Below are positions 9,930-18,733 of a stretch of DNA of 64,000 nucleotides, piece by piece. The position numbers and the translations under genes were made by a program. Where the stretch lies: positions 65,368 through 129,367 of the forward strand of contig RFQR01000002.1 of the NCBI GenBank assembly GCA_009924895.1, in the 5' to 3' direction. The stretch's first letter is position 1. Every line of letters begins with the position of its first letter. The notes under the pieces are model-generated. The model was not told the origin of the DNA and did no database searches. It worked only from the letters and a program-made list of their open reading frames with translations. The stretch comes from a bacterium (GTDB lineage Bacteria > Patescibacteriota > Minisyncoccia > Phycocordibacterales > UBA2100).

Positions 9930-10571
9930 ATGCATATCCACAAAATCGGTCATTGCTGTTTGGTGTTGGACATACACGGAGTTCGGGTTATGACCGATCC
10001 GGGTGTTTTTACAACAGCACAAGGTAATGTGACGGGACTCGACGCAATTGTGATCACCCATGAACATGCTGATCATTACGAGCCAAACATGCTCAAAGAC
10101 ATTCTCAAGAACAATCCAGACGCGGAAGTGATAGTAAGCACTTCACTAGGAAAAACACTTGAAAAGGAGGGAATTGTGCATTTGGTAGTAGGAGATGGAC
10201 AGGAAGTACAGGTGCGAGGAGTAAGTGTGAGAGGTTTCGGCAAGGCACATGCGTTTGTGTACGAAAAAAAACCTGACATGGAAAATACAGGCTATCTCAT
10301 CGACAATGCGTTTTTTTTGCCAGGCGACTCATTTGAGCAACCCAAAGCATCTGTCGATATTCTCGCGCTTCCCGTCTGCGGTCCATGGATGAAACTTGGG
10401 GAAGCACTTGATTTTGCTATTGCAGTAAAGCCTCGGGTTGCGTTTCCCGTCCATGATCACTTATATCGACCAGAAATCGCAGAGATGTTTGAAGGATGGC
10501 CGACTCAAGTTTTCTCAGAAAAAGGAATCGAGTTCGTTGCGCTCAAAGCGGGAGAGACTAAGACGTTCTAA
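9930..10571 (+). CDS. Metallo-beta-lactamase-fold hydrolase
   Basis: GHCC, TDPG, THEHADH, PGDS and PVHD motifs. Confidence 0.88.
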   Translation: MHIHKIGHCCLVLDIHGVRVMTDPGVFTTAQGNVTGLDAIVITHEHADHYEPNMLKDILKNNPDAEVIVSTSLGKTLEKEGIVHLVVGDGQEVQVRGVSVRGFGKAHAFVYEKKPDMENTGYLIDNAFFLPGDSFEQPKASVDILALPVCGPWMKLGEALDFAIAVKPRVAFPVHDHLYRPEIAEMFEGWPTQVFSEKGIEFVALKAGETKTF

Positions 10572-10572
10572 T

Positions 10573-10914
10573 ATGATTTCATTCGATGATTTCGATAAGG
10601 TTGATATTCGATTAGGAAAAGTGATTGCCACGGAAGATTTTCCGGAAGCACGAAAGCCCGCAATCAAGCTCACTATTGATTTTGGTTCAGAAATTGGTAC
10701 AAAGCGTTCAAGTGCGCAGTTGATTGATGCGCACACGAAAGAGGAGTTAGTCGGCATACTGGTCATGTGTGTGGTGAATTTTCTATCGAAACAGGTGGGA
10801 CCGTTTGTTTCCGAGGTTCTCACCCTCGGCTTTCAAAATCATTCAGGTACGGGATGGGTGCTAGCGACGGTGACAAAACCACAGAATGTACAAATAGGGG
10901 ATAGACTGCGATAA
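10573..10914 (+). CDS. csaA: tRNA-binding protein / export chaperone CsaA
   Basis: FDDFDKVDIRLG, FPEARKPA.KL.IDFG, SSAQL, VVNF, SEVLTLG. Confidence 0.9.
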   Translation: MISFDDFDKVDIRLGKVIATEDFPEARKPAIKLTIDFGSEIGTKRSSAQLIDAHTKEELVGILVMCVVNFLSKQVGPFVSEVLTLGFQNHSGTGWVLATVTKPQNVQIGDRLR

Positions 10915-10924
10915 TACGGCGACT

Positions 10925-11809
10925 ATGCAAGGGCCACTCTTTATCTTTATTGCAGCGGTGTTGTGGGGTCTCGATGGTGTGCTACGCCGCTCTCTGTATT
11001 CGCTCCCTGCGCCGACCATCGTCTTCTACGAACATCTTGTTGGGGCGCTCATCATCGCTCCTTTTCTCTATGTTGCGTGGAAGCATGAGGTATTCACCAA
11101 AAGGGAGTGGGGAGCGATGAGCATCGTTTCACTTTTTTCTGGCGCCTTAGGAACTGTTTTGTTTACCGCGGCATTAAATGAGACACACTTTATCTCATTT
11201 TCAGTTGTCTATCTGCTCCAAAAACTACAGCCAATTTTTACCATCGGCACCGCATGGTATGTGCTCAATGAGAAACCGACGCGCGCATATGCTCTCTGGG
11301 CTCTCCTTGCTCTGATTGCGGGATATTTTGTAACGTTCCCGGGTGGCATGGTTAATTTCGGAGAAGGAGGAGGATATATTCTTGCTGCGCTCCTCGCCTT
11401 CGGCGCTGCGGTGTGTTGGGGCTCATCAACTGTATTTTCCCGCTATGTACTTTTGAATCATTCAAATACCGTTGTCACCGGGCTTCGATTTTTGCTGACG
11501 GTACCGATTGCATTTTTGTTTGTCCTGCTTCTCGGTAAGACTGAATCATTCTCATCAGTCACACCGGTACAATTTGGGACGCTCGTATTTATTGCACTTT
11601 CGACCGGCATGCTCGCGCTTTGGATTTATTACAGAGGTCTTGCGGTCACGCCAGCACGCGTCTCGGCGATTGTTGAACTCGCGTTTCCCGTTACCGCAGT
11701 AGTGATAGACTATGTTCTTTACGGCACCATGCTCGCATTCAGTCAATATCTTGCCGCAGCAGTACTTCTCTTTGCGATGTATCGTATAGCGCAAACTGAC
11801 AGAATGTAA
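10925..11809 (+). CDS. EamA/DMT family transporter
   Basis: About 10 TM segments in two repeats (LWG...LQKLQPIF; CWG...ELAFPV). Confidence 0.88.
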   Translation: MQGPLFIFIAAVLWGLDGVLRRSLYSLPAPTIVFYEHLVGALIIAPFLYVAWKHEVFTKREWGAMSIVSLFSGALGTVLFTAALNETHFISFSVVYLLQKLQPIFTIGTAWYVLNEKPTRAYALWALLALIAGYFVTFPGGMVNFGEGGGYILAALLAFGAAVCWGSSTVFSRYVLLNHSNTVVTGLRFLLTVPIAFLFVLLLGKTESFSSVTPVQFGTLVFIALSTGMLALWIYYRGLAVTPARVSAIVELAFPVTAVVIDYVLYGTMLAFSQYLAAAVLLFAMYRIAQTDRM

Positions 11810-11847
11810 TTGAAAAAGGGCGCGACAGTGTGTCGCGCCCAAGGGAT

Positions 11848-12168
11848 TCACCAGAGCCGCAGTTGTACCGGCTTTCGCCACGTATCGTCGGGAAGCGATC
11901 CCAACCGTGCTACGTAGTTTGCACGATACTCGTTGATAACCAAGACTACACAGCGTCGTATCTCCGCGTACTGGTGCGCGTTTAGGAGGATTGATTCTCC
12001 TGGTTGCATCCCAAAGCGGAAACGTCGAACCTCAATCAGGTTTTCAAGTGCAACCGGCATTCGGTGAGCGACCTGAAATGTGAGGTAGACGCCGTTACTC
12101 AGGACTATTTCTGCACTGACTCGGTCTACACGGCGAACGGACCACGGCTTTTGTGCGGGAATATGCAT
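11848..12168 (-). CDS. Orphan hypothetical protein
   Basis: GAGG RBS; converges on the hairpin GGGCGCGAC-AGTGT-GTCGCGCCC at 11818-11840. Confidence 0.55.
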   Translation of the reverse strand: MHIPAQKPWSVRRVDRVSAEIVLSNGVYLTFQVAHRMPVALENLIEVRRFRFGMQPGESILLNAHQYAEIRRCVVLVINEYRANYVARLGSLPDDTWRKPVQLRLW

Positions 12169-12312
12169 GGTGCCTCGTATTTTTTGTACGCATGCACTAT
12201 GATACGCTTCTGAAATTATAAAATATTTTCATAAAAAAGCAACAGCATACTCTCTTCACAAGAAAAGGAAAAAACGTACACTGGCGGTATTATTAAGTCC
12301 TAAACTCTTTTT

Positions 12313-12711
12313 ATGAAACCTTCACTCATGATGGGTATGAGTTCGATAGGAGTAGGATTTGTCATGATGGTTATGCCGTTTATGGCAAGTGCCACATCAA
12401 TCTACCCAGGAAATCAATATCAGTACTGGTGTGGTTCGTACTGGTCGCAGTACCCTTGTAATTCGCAGTATTACAATTCCCCATATTCGTACCAGTATCC
12501 GTATTACTACCAGTATCACTATCAGCAGCTGCAGCAGTATTACTACCCGTATCAGCAGTATCCGTACTACCAGTACAATAACAACTATCCGTACCAGTAT
12601 TCTCAATACGGTGGCTACAATAATTACTACACGGGGTACGATTATGGTAATTACTACTACAATGACTATTACAACAATAACTACCATTACGGCAACGGAT
12701 ACAACTGGTAG
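12313..12711 (+). CDS. Secreted Tyr/Gln/Asn-rich low-complexity protein
   Basis: Signal peptide ending ASA; about 40 Tyr in about 105 mature residues; one Cys pair. Confidence 0.8.
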   Translation: MKPSLMMGMSSIGVGFVMMVMPFMASATSIYPGNQYQYWCGSYWSQYPCNSQYYNSPYSYQYPYYYQYHYQQLQQYYYPYQQYPYYQYNNNYPYQYSQYGGYNNYYTGYDYGNYYYNDYYNNNYHYGNGYNW

Positions 12712-12770
12712 TCGCGCATAGGTGCGTCCGTGAGAGGACGAAGCCGCTTTCTTTGTGTACAATGGTCGCT

Positions 12771-14012
12771 ATGGCAACCTTGTCTGAGACGCTTCGTGAG
12801 CGCGGATATACGTACCAATTTTCGAGCGAAACACTCGAAGAAATAACCGATGGTCCTAAACGCACCTTGTATCTCGGGATTGATCCCACTGCGGATTCTA
12901 TGCACGTGGGACAACTCATGAGCTTTTTGGTGCTGCGCAGATTTGTGGAGGCAGGGCACAAGCTTATCATTATTGTCGGTGGTGGCACTGGGATGATAGG
13001 CGACCCGGGCGGACGCAGCAGCGAACGAAATCTTCTCGACGATGTAACGCTTGCTAAAAATACCGAAGCGCTGAAAAAGCAAATCACAACCCTCGTCGGC
13101 CGCACTGACTTTTTGATGGTAAATAACGCCGATTGGCTCAAGCATCTCTCCCTCATTGATTTTCTGAGAGATGTTGGCAAGCACTTCACGGTAAATGAAA
13201 TGATAAAGCGCGATTCGGTGCGCCCGCGTCTCGAGACGCCGGATAGCAGTATTTCATTTACTGAGTTTTCGTACATGCTTTTGCAGGCATATGACTTCTA
13301 TTATCTGCACAAAGAATATGGCTGCGATCTGCAAGTAGGAGGGTCGGATCAGTGGGGAAACATTGTCTCGGGTATTGATTTCATTCGCAAAAAAACAAGT
13401 AACACCGCGTATGCATTTTCCTGGCCATTAGTAGTAGACAAAAAGACCGGAAAGAAGTTTGGCAAAAGCGAAGGAGGTGCCGTGTGGCTCGATAGCGCCA
13501 AAACCGCGCCATTTCAGTTTTACCAATTTTGGTTCAACATCGATGATGATATGGTGGAAGAGATGCTCCTCAAGATGACCGTGCTCTCGCACGAGGAGAT
13601 TACTACTGTCACACAAACACATGCGGCTAACCCCGGCGCGCGTGAAGCGCAAAAGCTGTTAGCTCGTTCGGTTACTGAACTAGTACATGGCGTCGATGCC
13701 GCTGTACGTTCGGAAATAGCGTCTCACGCGCTTTTTGGAGATATTGCTGCTCTGACGAAAGAGTCAGTAGAAATGCTTACACAAGGATTGCCGACAACAC
13801 CCGCGGTACCAGGGATTGCCGTTGTTGATGTCTTGGTATCTTCGGGACTTGCTTCCTCAAAACGAGAAGCTCGTGAATTTTTAGAGAAAGGGGCGATAGT
13901 AGTTAATGGTGCAAAAATAGAAGATCGCACATTGATAGAAGATGACTTCGTGCATGGAATAGCAATCATGAAGCGCGGTAAACGTGAAGCACGTGTGATT
14001 GTCCGTTCTTAA
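12771..14012 (+). CDS. tyrS: Tyrosine--tRNA ligase
   Basis: YLGIDPTADSMHVGQ, QVGGSDQWGNI, KFGKS, C-terminal S4 domain. Start placed 7 nt after TACAAT. Confidence 0.96.
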   Translation: MATLSETLRERGYTYQFSSETLEEITDGPKRTLYLGIDPTADSMHVGQLMSFLVLRRFVEAGHKLIIIVGGGTGMIGDPGGRSSERNLLDDVTLAKNTEALKKQITTLVGRTDFLMVNNADWLKHLSLIDFLRDVGKHFTVNEMIKRDSVRPRLETPDSSISFTEFSYMLLQAYDFYYLHKEYGCDLQVGGSDQWGNIVSGIDFIRKKTSNTAYAFSWPLVVDKKTGKKFGKSEGGAVWLDSAKTAPFQFYQFWFNIDDDMVEEMLLKMTVLSHEEITTVTQTHAANPGAREAQKLLARSVTELVHGVDAAVRSEIASHALFGDIAALTKESVEMLTQGLPTTPAVPGIAVVDVLVSSGLASSKREAREFLEKGAIVVNGAKIEDRTLIEDDFVHGIAIMKRGKREARVIVRS

Positions 14013-14051
14013 CTTAAAAGAGAGAGGGCGACCAAAAAGGTCGCCCGACAT

Positions 14052-14267
14052 TCAATCGTGGTCGCGATTTTCATCAAAACCAATCCAGGGATCGCATGTG
14101 AATAAACCACCGCTTGCGCGGATAATTCGTGGCGATTGCTCTTCTTCTGACTCGAGATATTCGAGTTCGCAGTCATAGAAAACGTCTGACGCGACTGTTC
14201 CTCGCATGTATTGTCTCTCAACGCGCTTTGCTTCACGATCACGCCTTTCTATTTTGCGATTAGACAC
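14052..14267 (-). CDS. Small orphan protein
   Basis: GAGGAG RBS, GTG start, downstream hairpin GGGCGACC-AAAAA-GGTCGCCC. Confidence 0.5.
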   Translation of the reverse strand: MSNRKIERRDREAKRVERQYMRGTVASDVFYDCELEYLESEEEQSPRIIRASGGLFTCDPWIGFDENRDHD

Positions 14268-14309
14268 GGCAATCTCCTCTGGTTGCGATTCAACTATAAA
14301 ACAAATACC

Positions 14310-14420
14310 ATGTCAGTGATGAAAGAACAAGGAGTGTTTCAGTTGCAGAGTGAATATCAGCCATCGGGAGACCCCACAGGAAATCAGAGTTTCCTATGGG
14401 GCAAGAAATGGTATGCTTGA
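14310..14420 (+). pseudogene. Duplicated 5' fragment of uvrB followed by a hairpin
   Basis: Encodes MSVMKEQGVFQLQSEYQPSGD. The 17-bp repeat TCAGCCATCGGGAGACC occurs at 14357-14373 and 14443-14459. Confidence 0.75.
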
Positions 14421-14425
14421 TTTCC

Positions 14426-16429
14426 ATGTCAAAACAAGGAGTTCAGCCATCGGGAGACCAGCCGGCGGCAATTGCAGCGCTTGTTGACGGGCTCAAGCAT
14501 GGCAGGCGCGACCAGACGCTTCTTGGCGTCACAGGTTCGGGGAAAACCTTCACGATGGCAAATGTGATTGCGCAGTATGGAAAGCCGACACTAGTCATTG
14601 CCCACAATAAGACCCTTGCCGCGCAGCTTGCTGCCGAGTATCGAGAATTTTTCCCCAGTCATGCGGTTCATTATTTTGTATCGTACTACGACTACTACCA
14701 GCCCGAGGCATATGTGCCCACGTCTGACACCTTCATTGAAAAGGAGGCAATGGTAAATGAGGACATTGAGCGACTACGGCATGCTGCTACGCAAGCGCTT
14801 CTTACCCGCAAAGATGTCATCATCGTTGCATCAGTTTCGTGTATCTATGGTTTAGGATCCCCAATCGAGTACGAAAAAGTAAACCTTAAGCTTGAGAAAG
14901 GGAAGCAGCTCACCCGTACAGAACTCACGCGGCGCCTCATTGGCATGTCGTTTGAGCGCACGACGGGCGACGTTTCTCCGGGCACCTTTCGCGCGCTTGG
15001 TGCTGGAGTAGAGATTATGCCCGCGAGTGAACGTGTTATTTATCGCGTTGATCTCTCGGGTGGTGTCATTGCGAAAATAGAAGAGATTGATGCGATTACT
15101 CGCGCGATAACCGGGACGCATGATGCAGTGTTTGTTTTCCCTGCACGTCACTACGTAACACCAACTGATGTGGTGGAAGCTGCGCTTGCTGACATGGAAA
15201 GCGAACTCACTGCACAGCTCAAGGAATTTGATACTGCCGGCAAAATCTTGGAAGCAGAACGTTTGAAGCGTCGCACACGTCAAGATATTGCCATGATTCG
15301 TGAGTTTGGCTACTGCAATGGTATTGAAAATTATTCACGCCACTTTGATCGCCGTAAGCCGGGTGAACCACCTTTTACGCTTCTTTCATACTTTCCGACA
15401 AAGCCTGACGGTTCTTCCGACTTTCTCACCGTGATAGACGAGTCGCATGTCACCATCCCACAAATTGGCGCGATGTATGCAGGAGACAGGTCGCGCAAGC
15501 TCACGCTCATAGAACACGGATTTCGTCTGCCAAGTGCCGTCGATAATCGGCCATTGAAATTTGATGAATGGGAAGCACGTGTGGGACCAGTACTGTATAC
15601 GAGTGCAACGCCGGGGCAGTATGAGCTCAAGAGAAGCGGTACACCCGTACAGCAAGTGATTCGTCCAACAGGACTTCTTGATCCGCAAATTGTGGTGAAA
15701 GGGGTGGTTTCTCAGGGCGAGTATCCAGGTCAGGTCCGGGATATGATTGCAGAAGCAGAAATAGTGACAAAGCGCGGCGCACGCTCACTCGTCACCGTCC
15801 TTACCAAAAAAATGGCGGAAGACCTCACTGAATTTTTGAAAGAGAAACAGGTGCGTGCACGGTATATTCATAGCGATGTAAAGACGATAGAGCGCATCGA
15901 GATACTAACGGATTTTCGTAAGGGGGTCTTTGACGTCTTAGTAGGCGTAAACCTCTTGCGCGAAGGGCTGGATTTACCCGAAGTAGAATTGGTAGGAATT
16001 TTGGATGCTGACAAAGAAGGTTTTTTGCGATCGGAAACATCGCTTATTCAAACGATTGGCCGCGCAGCGCGCAACGCCGCAGGACGGGTGATTCTCTACG
16101 CTGATAGTATGACGGGCTCTCTTGACCGCGCGATAGGGGAGACGAATCGTCGCCGCGAAATCCAAAAAGCCTATAACGACAAAAACGGCATTACGCCGCA
16201 GACAGTCTTGAAGAAAATCAAAGATATCACGGGCGATATTGCGCGCTCACGCGAGCGCACCATCAAAGAGCTAGCCTCAATGGATAAGGCGGCATACAAA
16301 GGCGGCGTCGCGAAGCTCATCAAACAGAAACGCCGCGAGATGCATGCGGCAGCTGATAACCTTGACTTTGAAACAGCTGCGCTCTTGCGTGACGAAATTC
16401 GCGAACTCGAAAGTAAGGCGGATAAGTAA
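14426..16429 (+). CDS. uvrB: Excinuclease ABC subunit B
   Basis: LGVTGSGKT, YYDYYQPEAY beta-hairpin, DESH, NLLREGLD, QTIGRAARN, C-terminal UVR motif FETAALLRD. Confidence 0.97.
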   Translation: MSKQGVQPSGDQPAAIAALVDGLKHGRRDQTLLGVTGSGKTFTMANVIAQYGKPTLVIAHNKTLAAQLAAEYREFFPSHAVHYFVSYYDYYQPEAYVPTSDTFIEKEAMVNEDIERLRHAATQALLTRKDVIIVASVSCIYGLGSPIEYEKVNLKLEKGKQLTRTELTRRLIGMSFERTTGDVSPGTFRALGAGVEIMPASERVIYRVDLSGGVIAKIEEIDAITRAITGTHDAVFVFPARHYVTPTDVVEAALADMESELTAQLKEFDTAGKILEAERLKRRTRQDIAMIREFGYCNGIENYSRHFDRRKPGEPPFTLLSYFPTKPDGSSDFLTVIDESHVTIPQIGAMYAGDRSRKLTLIEHGFRLPSAVDNRPLKFDEWEARVGPVLYTSATPGQYELKRSGTPVQQVIRPTGLLDPQIVVKGVVSQGEYPGQVRDMIAEAEIVTKRGARSLVTVLTKKMAEDLTEFLKEKQVRARYIHSDVKTIERIEILTDFRKGVFDVLVGVNLLREGLDLPEVELVGILDADKEGFLRSETSLIQTIGRAARNAAGRVILYADSMTGSLDRAIGETNRRREIQKAYNDKNGITPQTVLKKIKDITGDIARSRERTIKELASMDKAAYKGGVAKLIKQKRREMHAAADNLDFETAALLRDEIRELESKADK

Positions 16430-16490
16430 ATTGACAAAAAATCATAGGGGGGTGTAATAGGTATAGATTTTTCCAAGGAAGGAGTCTGTC

Positions 16491-16766
16491 ATGTCAGATC
16501 GTAAGCATATCGACTCGTTGCTCAAACACATCAGAGAGTACAAACCAACTCTTCTGCACTCCACGGGAGATACCTTTTTGTATATGCTTGCAAATAACTG
16601 GAAGCTCATTTTGCATGATGATTCTGTTCAGATGAGCGCACAGCTTATCGATCCAGAAGAACATCGTCATGACTCATGTGATTTGGGGCACATAGAGGAG
16701 CTTTCAACAAGCAGTAGCGCACACCTTGCACTCGGAGCGTACCTCTTTGATGAAATCCCATGGTAG
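16491..16766 (+). CDS. Orphan hypothetical protein
   Basis: TTGACA at 16431, AAGGAG RBS, hairpin GCGGGCAGTGCA-TTG-TGCACTGCCCGC after the stop. Confidence 0.6.
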   Translation: MSDRKHIDSLLKHIREYKPTLLHSTGDTFLYMLANNWKLILHDDSVQMSAQLIDPEEHRHDSCDLGHIEELSTSSSAHLALGAYLFDEIPW

Positions 16767-16821
16767 GAATAGGCGGGCAGTGCATTGTGCACTGCCCGCG
16801 AGCATGTTGTATGCTTGTCGT

Positions 16822-17742
16822 ATGCAGATTGCAGAACAGGTCCCGCTCAAAGAGTTCACCACCTTTCATATTGGTGGCAATGCCCGTTATTTTGTTGAGA
16901 TTGTGAACGAACAAGAACTGATTGGGGCGCTTTCATGGGCTCGAGAAAAAAACATCTCTTTTTTTCTCCTTGCAGGCGGTAGTAACCTGTTGGTCAGTGA
17001 TGCAGGTTTTGATGGTCTTGTCATTCGTATTAAAAACAAAGACGTCCACGTAGAAGGATGTGAGTTGCGTATTGATGCAGGCTGCAATTTACTCTCTACC
17101 ATTCGATCAGCGGGTGAAATGGGTCTTGGCGGCTGGGAAAAATTAGCAGGAATTCCGGGCACGGTGGGGGGTGCAGTTCGCGGCAACGCAGGTGCTTTTG
17201 GCAGTGAGATACAAGATTTTGTGACAACGGTTCATGCACTTAACACCATCACGCTAGAGACCAAAGATTTTCAAAATACGGAATGTGAATTTTCGTACCG
17301 GCATTCATTGTTTAAAGATCATCCTGAATGGATTATTCTTTTTGTGCAAGTCAGACTTGCACAATTAGAAAGTAAAAAGGTATGTGAGTCAATAGAAGAG
17401 ACGATTCGCGAGCGTGAGAGACGGCATTTGCAAAATGTCCGTGCGGCAGGATCGTTTTTTATGAATCCTGTTGCACCACAAGAGGTGCGAGATATGTTTG
17501 AAACAGAGAAAGGTGTGAAAGCCCGCGAAGGCCGGGTCCCAGCGGGGTGGCTTATCGAAAAAGTGGGGCTCAAAGGAGAGCGCCTTGGAGGTGCTATCGC
17601 CAGTTTGCAGCATCCAAACTACCTCGTGAATGAATCGGGACATGCGAGTGCTGAAGAAGTGCGCACACTCGCGACGAAGATTAAACAGGCAGTGAAGGAG
17701 CGGTTTGGGATAGAGTTGGAAGAAGAAGCAGTAATACTATGA
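16822..17742 (+). CDS. murB: UDP-N-acetylenolpyruvoylglucosamine reductase
   Basis: TTFHIGG, GGSNLL, GIPGTVGGA..NAGA, FSYRHS, AGSFF.NP, H.N..VN. Confidence 0.95.
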   Translation: MQIAEQVPLKEFTTFHIGGNARYFVEIVNEQELIGALSWAREKNISFFLLAGGSNLLVSDAGFDGLVIRIKNKDVHVEGCELRIDAGCNLLSTIRSAGEMGLGGWEKLAGIPGTVGGAVRGNAGAFGSEIQDFVTTVHALNTITLETKDFQNTECEFSYRHSLFKDHPEWIILFVQVRLAQLESKKVCESIEETIRERERRHLQNVRAAGSFFMNPVAPQEVRDMFETEKGVKAREGRVPAGWLIEKVGLKGERLGGAIASLQHPNYLVNESGHASAEEVRTLATKIKQAVKERFGIELEEEAVIL

Positions 17743-18272
17743 GCACGATAAAAACCAGAACCCATGAGCGAATGAAGGATGTGCTGATGAGCCCCGATGC
17801 TCCTGGCCCTGAAGCACACTATTACATGATTAGTGGTGAGGGAAAAAGGCCCAACGTAACGGTGTGGGAAACTGGCACGGTCGGCGGTGAATACATAAAA
17901 ACATACGGACATTACCACGAAGGCATGCTCAGCGATGTGTACGAAGTCCTTGATGGGGAAGGAATTGTTTTGCTGCAAAAACTCGGGAATATGGAAGGGG
18001 TTGTTGAAGAGTTTCGATGTATGCCATGTAAAAAAGGTGACCGTATACTTATGCCTGCTTTCTGGGGGCATGTCATTGTAAATACTGGAAAAACCTGTCT
18101 TGTCACACTCGATTCGAGTACAGGTAGTGGGAGTGCACGTTACGAGGAAGTAAAGCGTATGAATGGCTTCGCTTATTACATAAAGGAACAAAATGGAAAG
18201 CCGTTTCTTGTGCGCAATCCTCGGTATACTGAAGTGCAATTGGTGGATTATGGAGGGCTTTCCCACGAGTAA
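17739..18272 (+). CDS. Cupin-type glucose-6-phosphate isomerase family protein
   Basis: GGEYIKTYGHYH, YEVLDGEG, P..WGH..VNTG, ending NPRY. Confidence 0.75.
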   Translation: MSTIKTRTHERMKDVLMSPDAPGPEAHYYMISGEGKRPNVTVWETGTVGGEYIKTYGHYHEGMLSDVYEVLDGEGIVLLQKLGNMEGVVEEFRCMPCKKGDRILMPAFWGHVIVNTGKTCLVTLDSSTGSGSARYEEVKRMNGFAYYIKEQNGKPFLVRNPRYTEVQLVDYGGLSHE

Positions 18273-18339
18273 CCTTGCCTTCTTGTTTTGAAACGATACA
18301 GTGAGTCCAGGAGTGTGGCTGAGAAGAGAGGAGTGGACC

Positions 18340-18639
18340 ATGTCGTTTAAAAGCAGACGCCGGGTGCCGCTGCGCACCAACTTTATGGCAAGCGAGTGGC
18401 ACGATCGTTCTCGAATACCTCGTTTTCCCGTACCCGATTTCTCTCGGTTACCGGAAGATGACGCACAATGTGAAGGCTTGAAAGTGTTTCTGATTCGAGA
18501 ACACCAAAACCTTTTCGCATGCATTATATGTACGGTTGTGGGACCGGGTTCGCTTTCAGAGCACGGTCGGAAACTCCGTGTTCGATGCGGCACGAAAGGA
18601 ATCGTCGAGGTTCCGAAAAGCTGGCTGCGGCTTGCGTAA
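18340..18639 (+). CDS. Orphan hypothetical protein
   Basis: GAGGAG RBS; terminator immediately after the stop. Confidence 0.55.
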   Translation: MSFKSRRRVPLRTNFMASEWHDRSRIPRFPVPDFSRLPEDDAQCEGLKVFLIREHQNLFACIICTVVGPGSLSEHGRKLRVRCGTKGIVEVPKSWLRLA

Positions 18640-18642
18640 AAG

Positions 18643-18675
18643 AAGGGTGAGCTTCGGCTCACCCTTTTTGTTTTT
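18643..18675 (+). terminator. Rho-independent terminator
   Basis: AAGGGTGAGC-TTCG-GCTCACCCTT followed by a T-rich run. Confidence 0.85.
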
Positions 18676-18733
18676 CACGTCTCTTTGATATAGTGCATAC
18701 CTACCCCTCGCGCTGCCCTAGGGGCGAACTTGC

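Noticed and set aside
12313-12771. Classical Tyr attenuator leader peptide for tyrS
   Set aside because: The ORF is long and has a signal peptide, no clear terminator/antiterminator pair is visible, and tyrS has its own -10 box. Kept only as an adjacency note.
12380-18662. Long antisense ORFs such as 12380-13276(-) and 17619-18662(-)
   Set aside because: Shadow frames of real genes or low-complexity repeats on the opposite strand.
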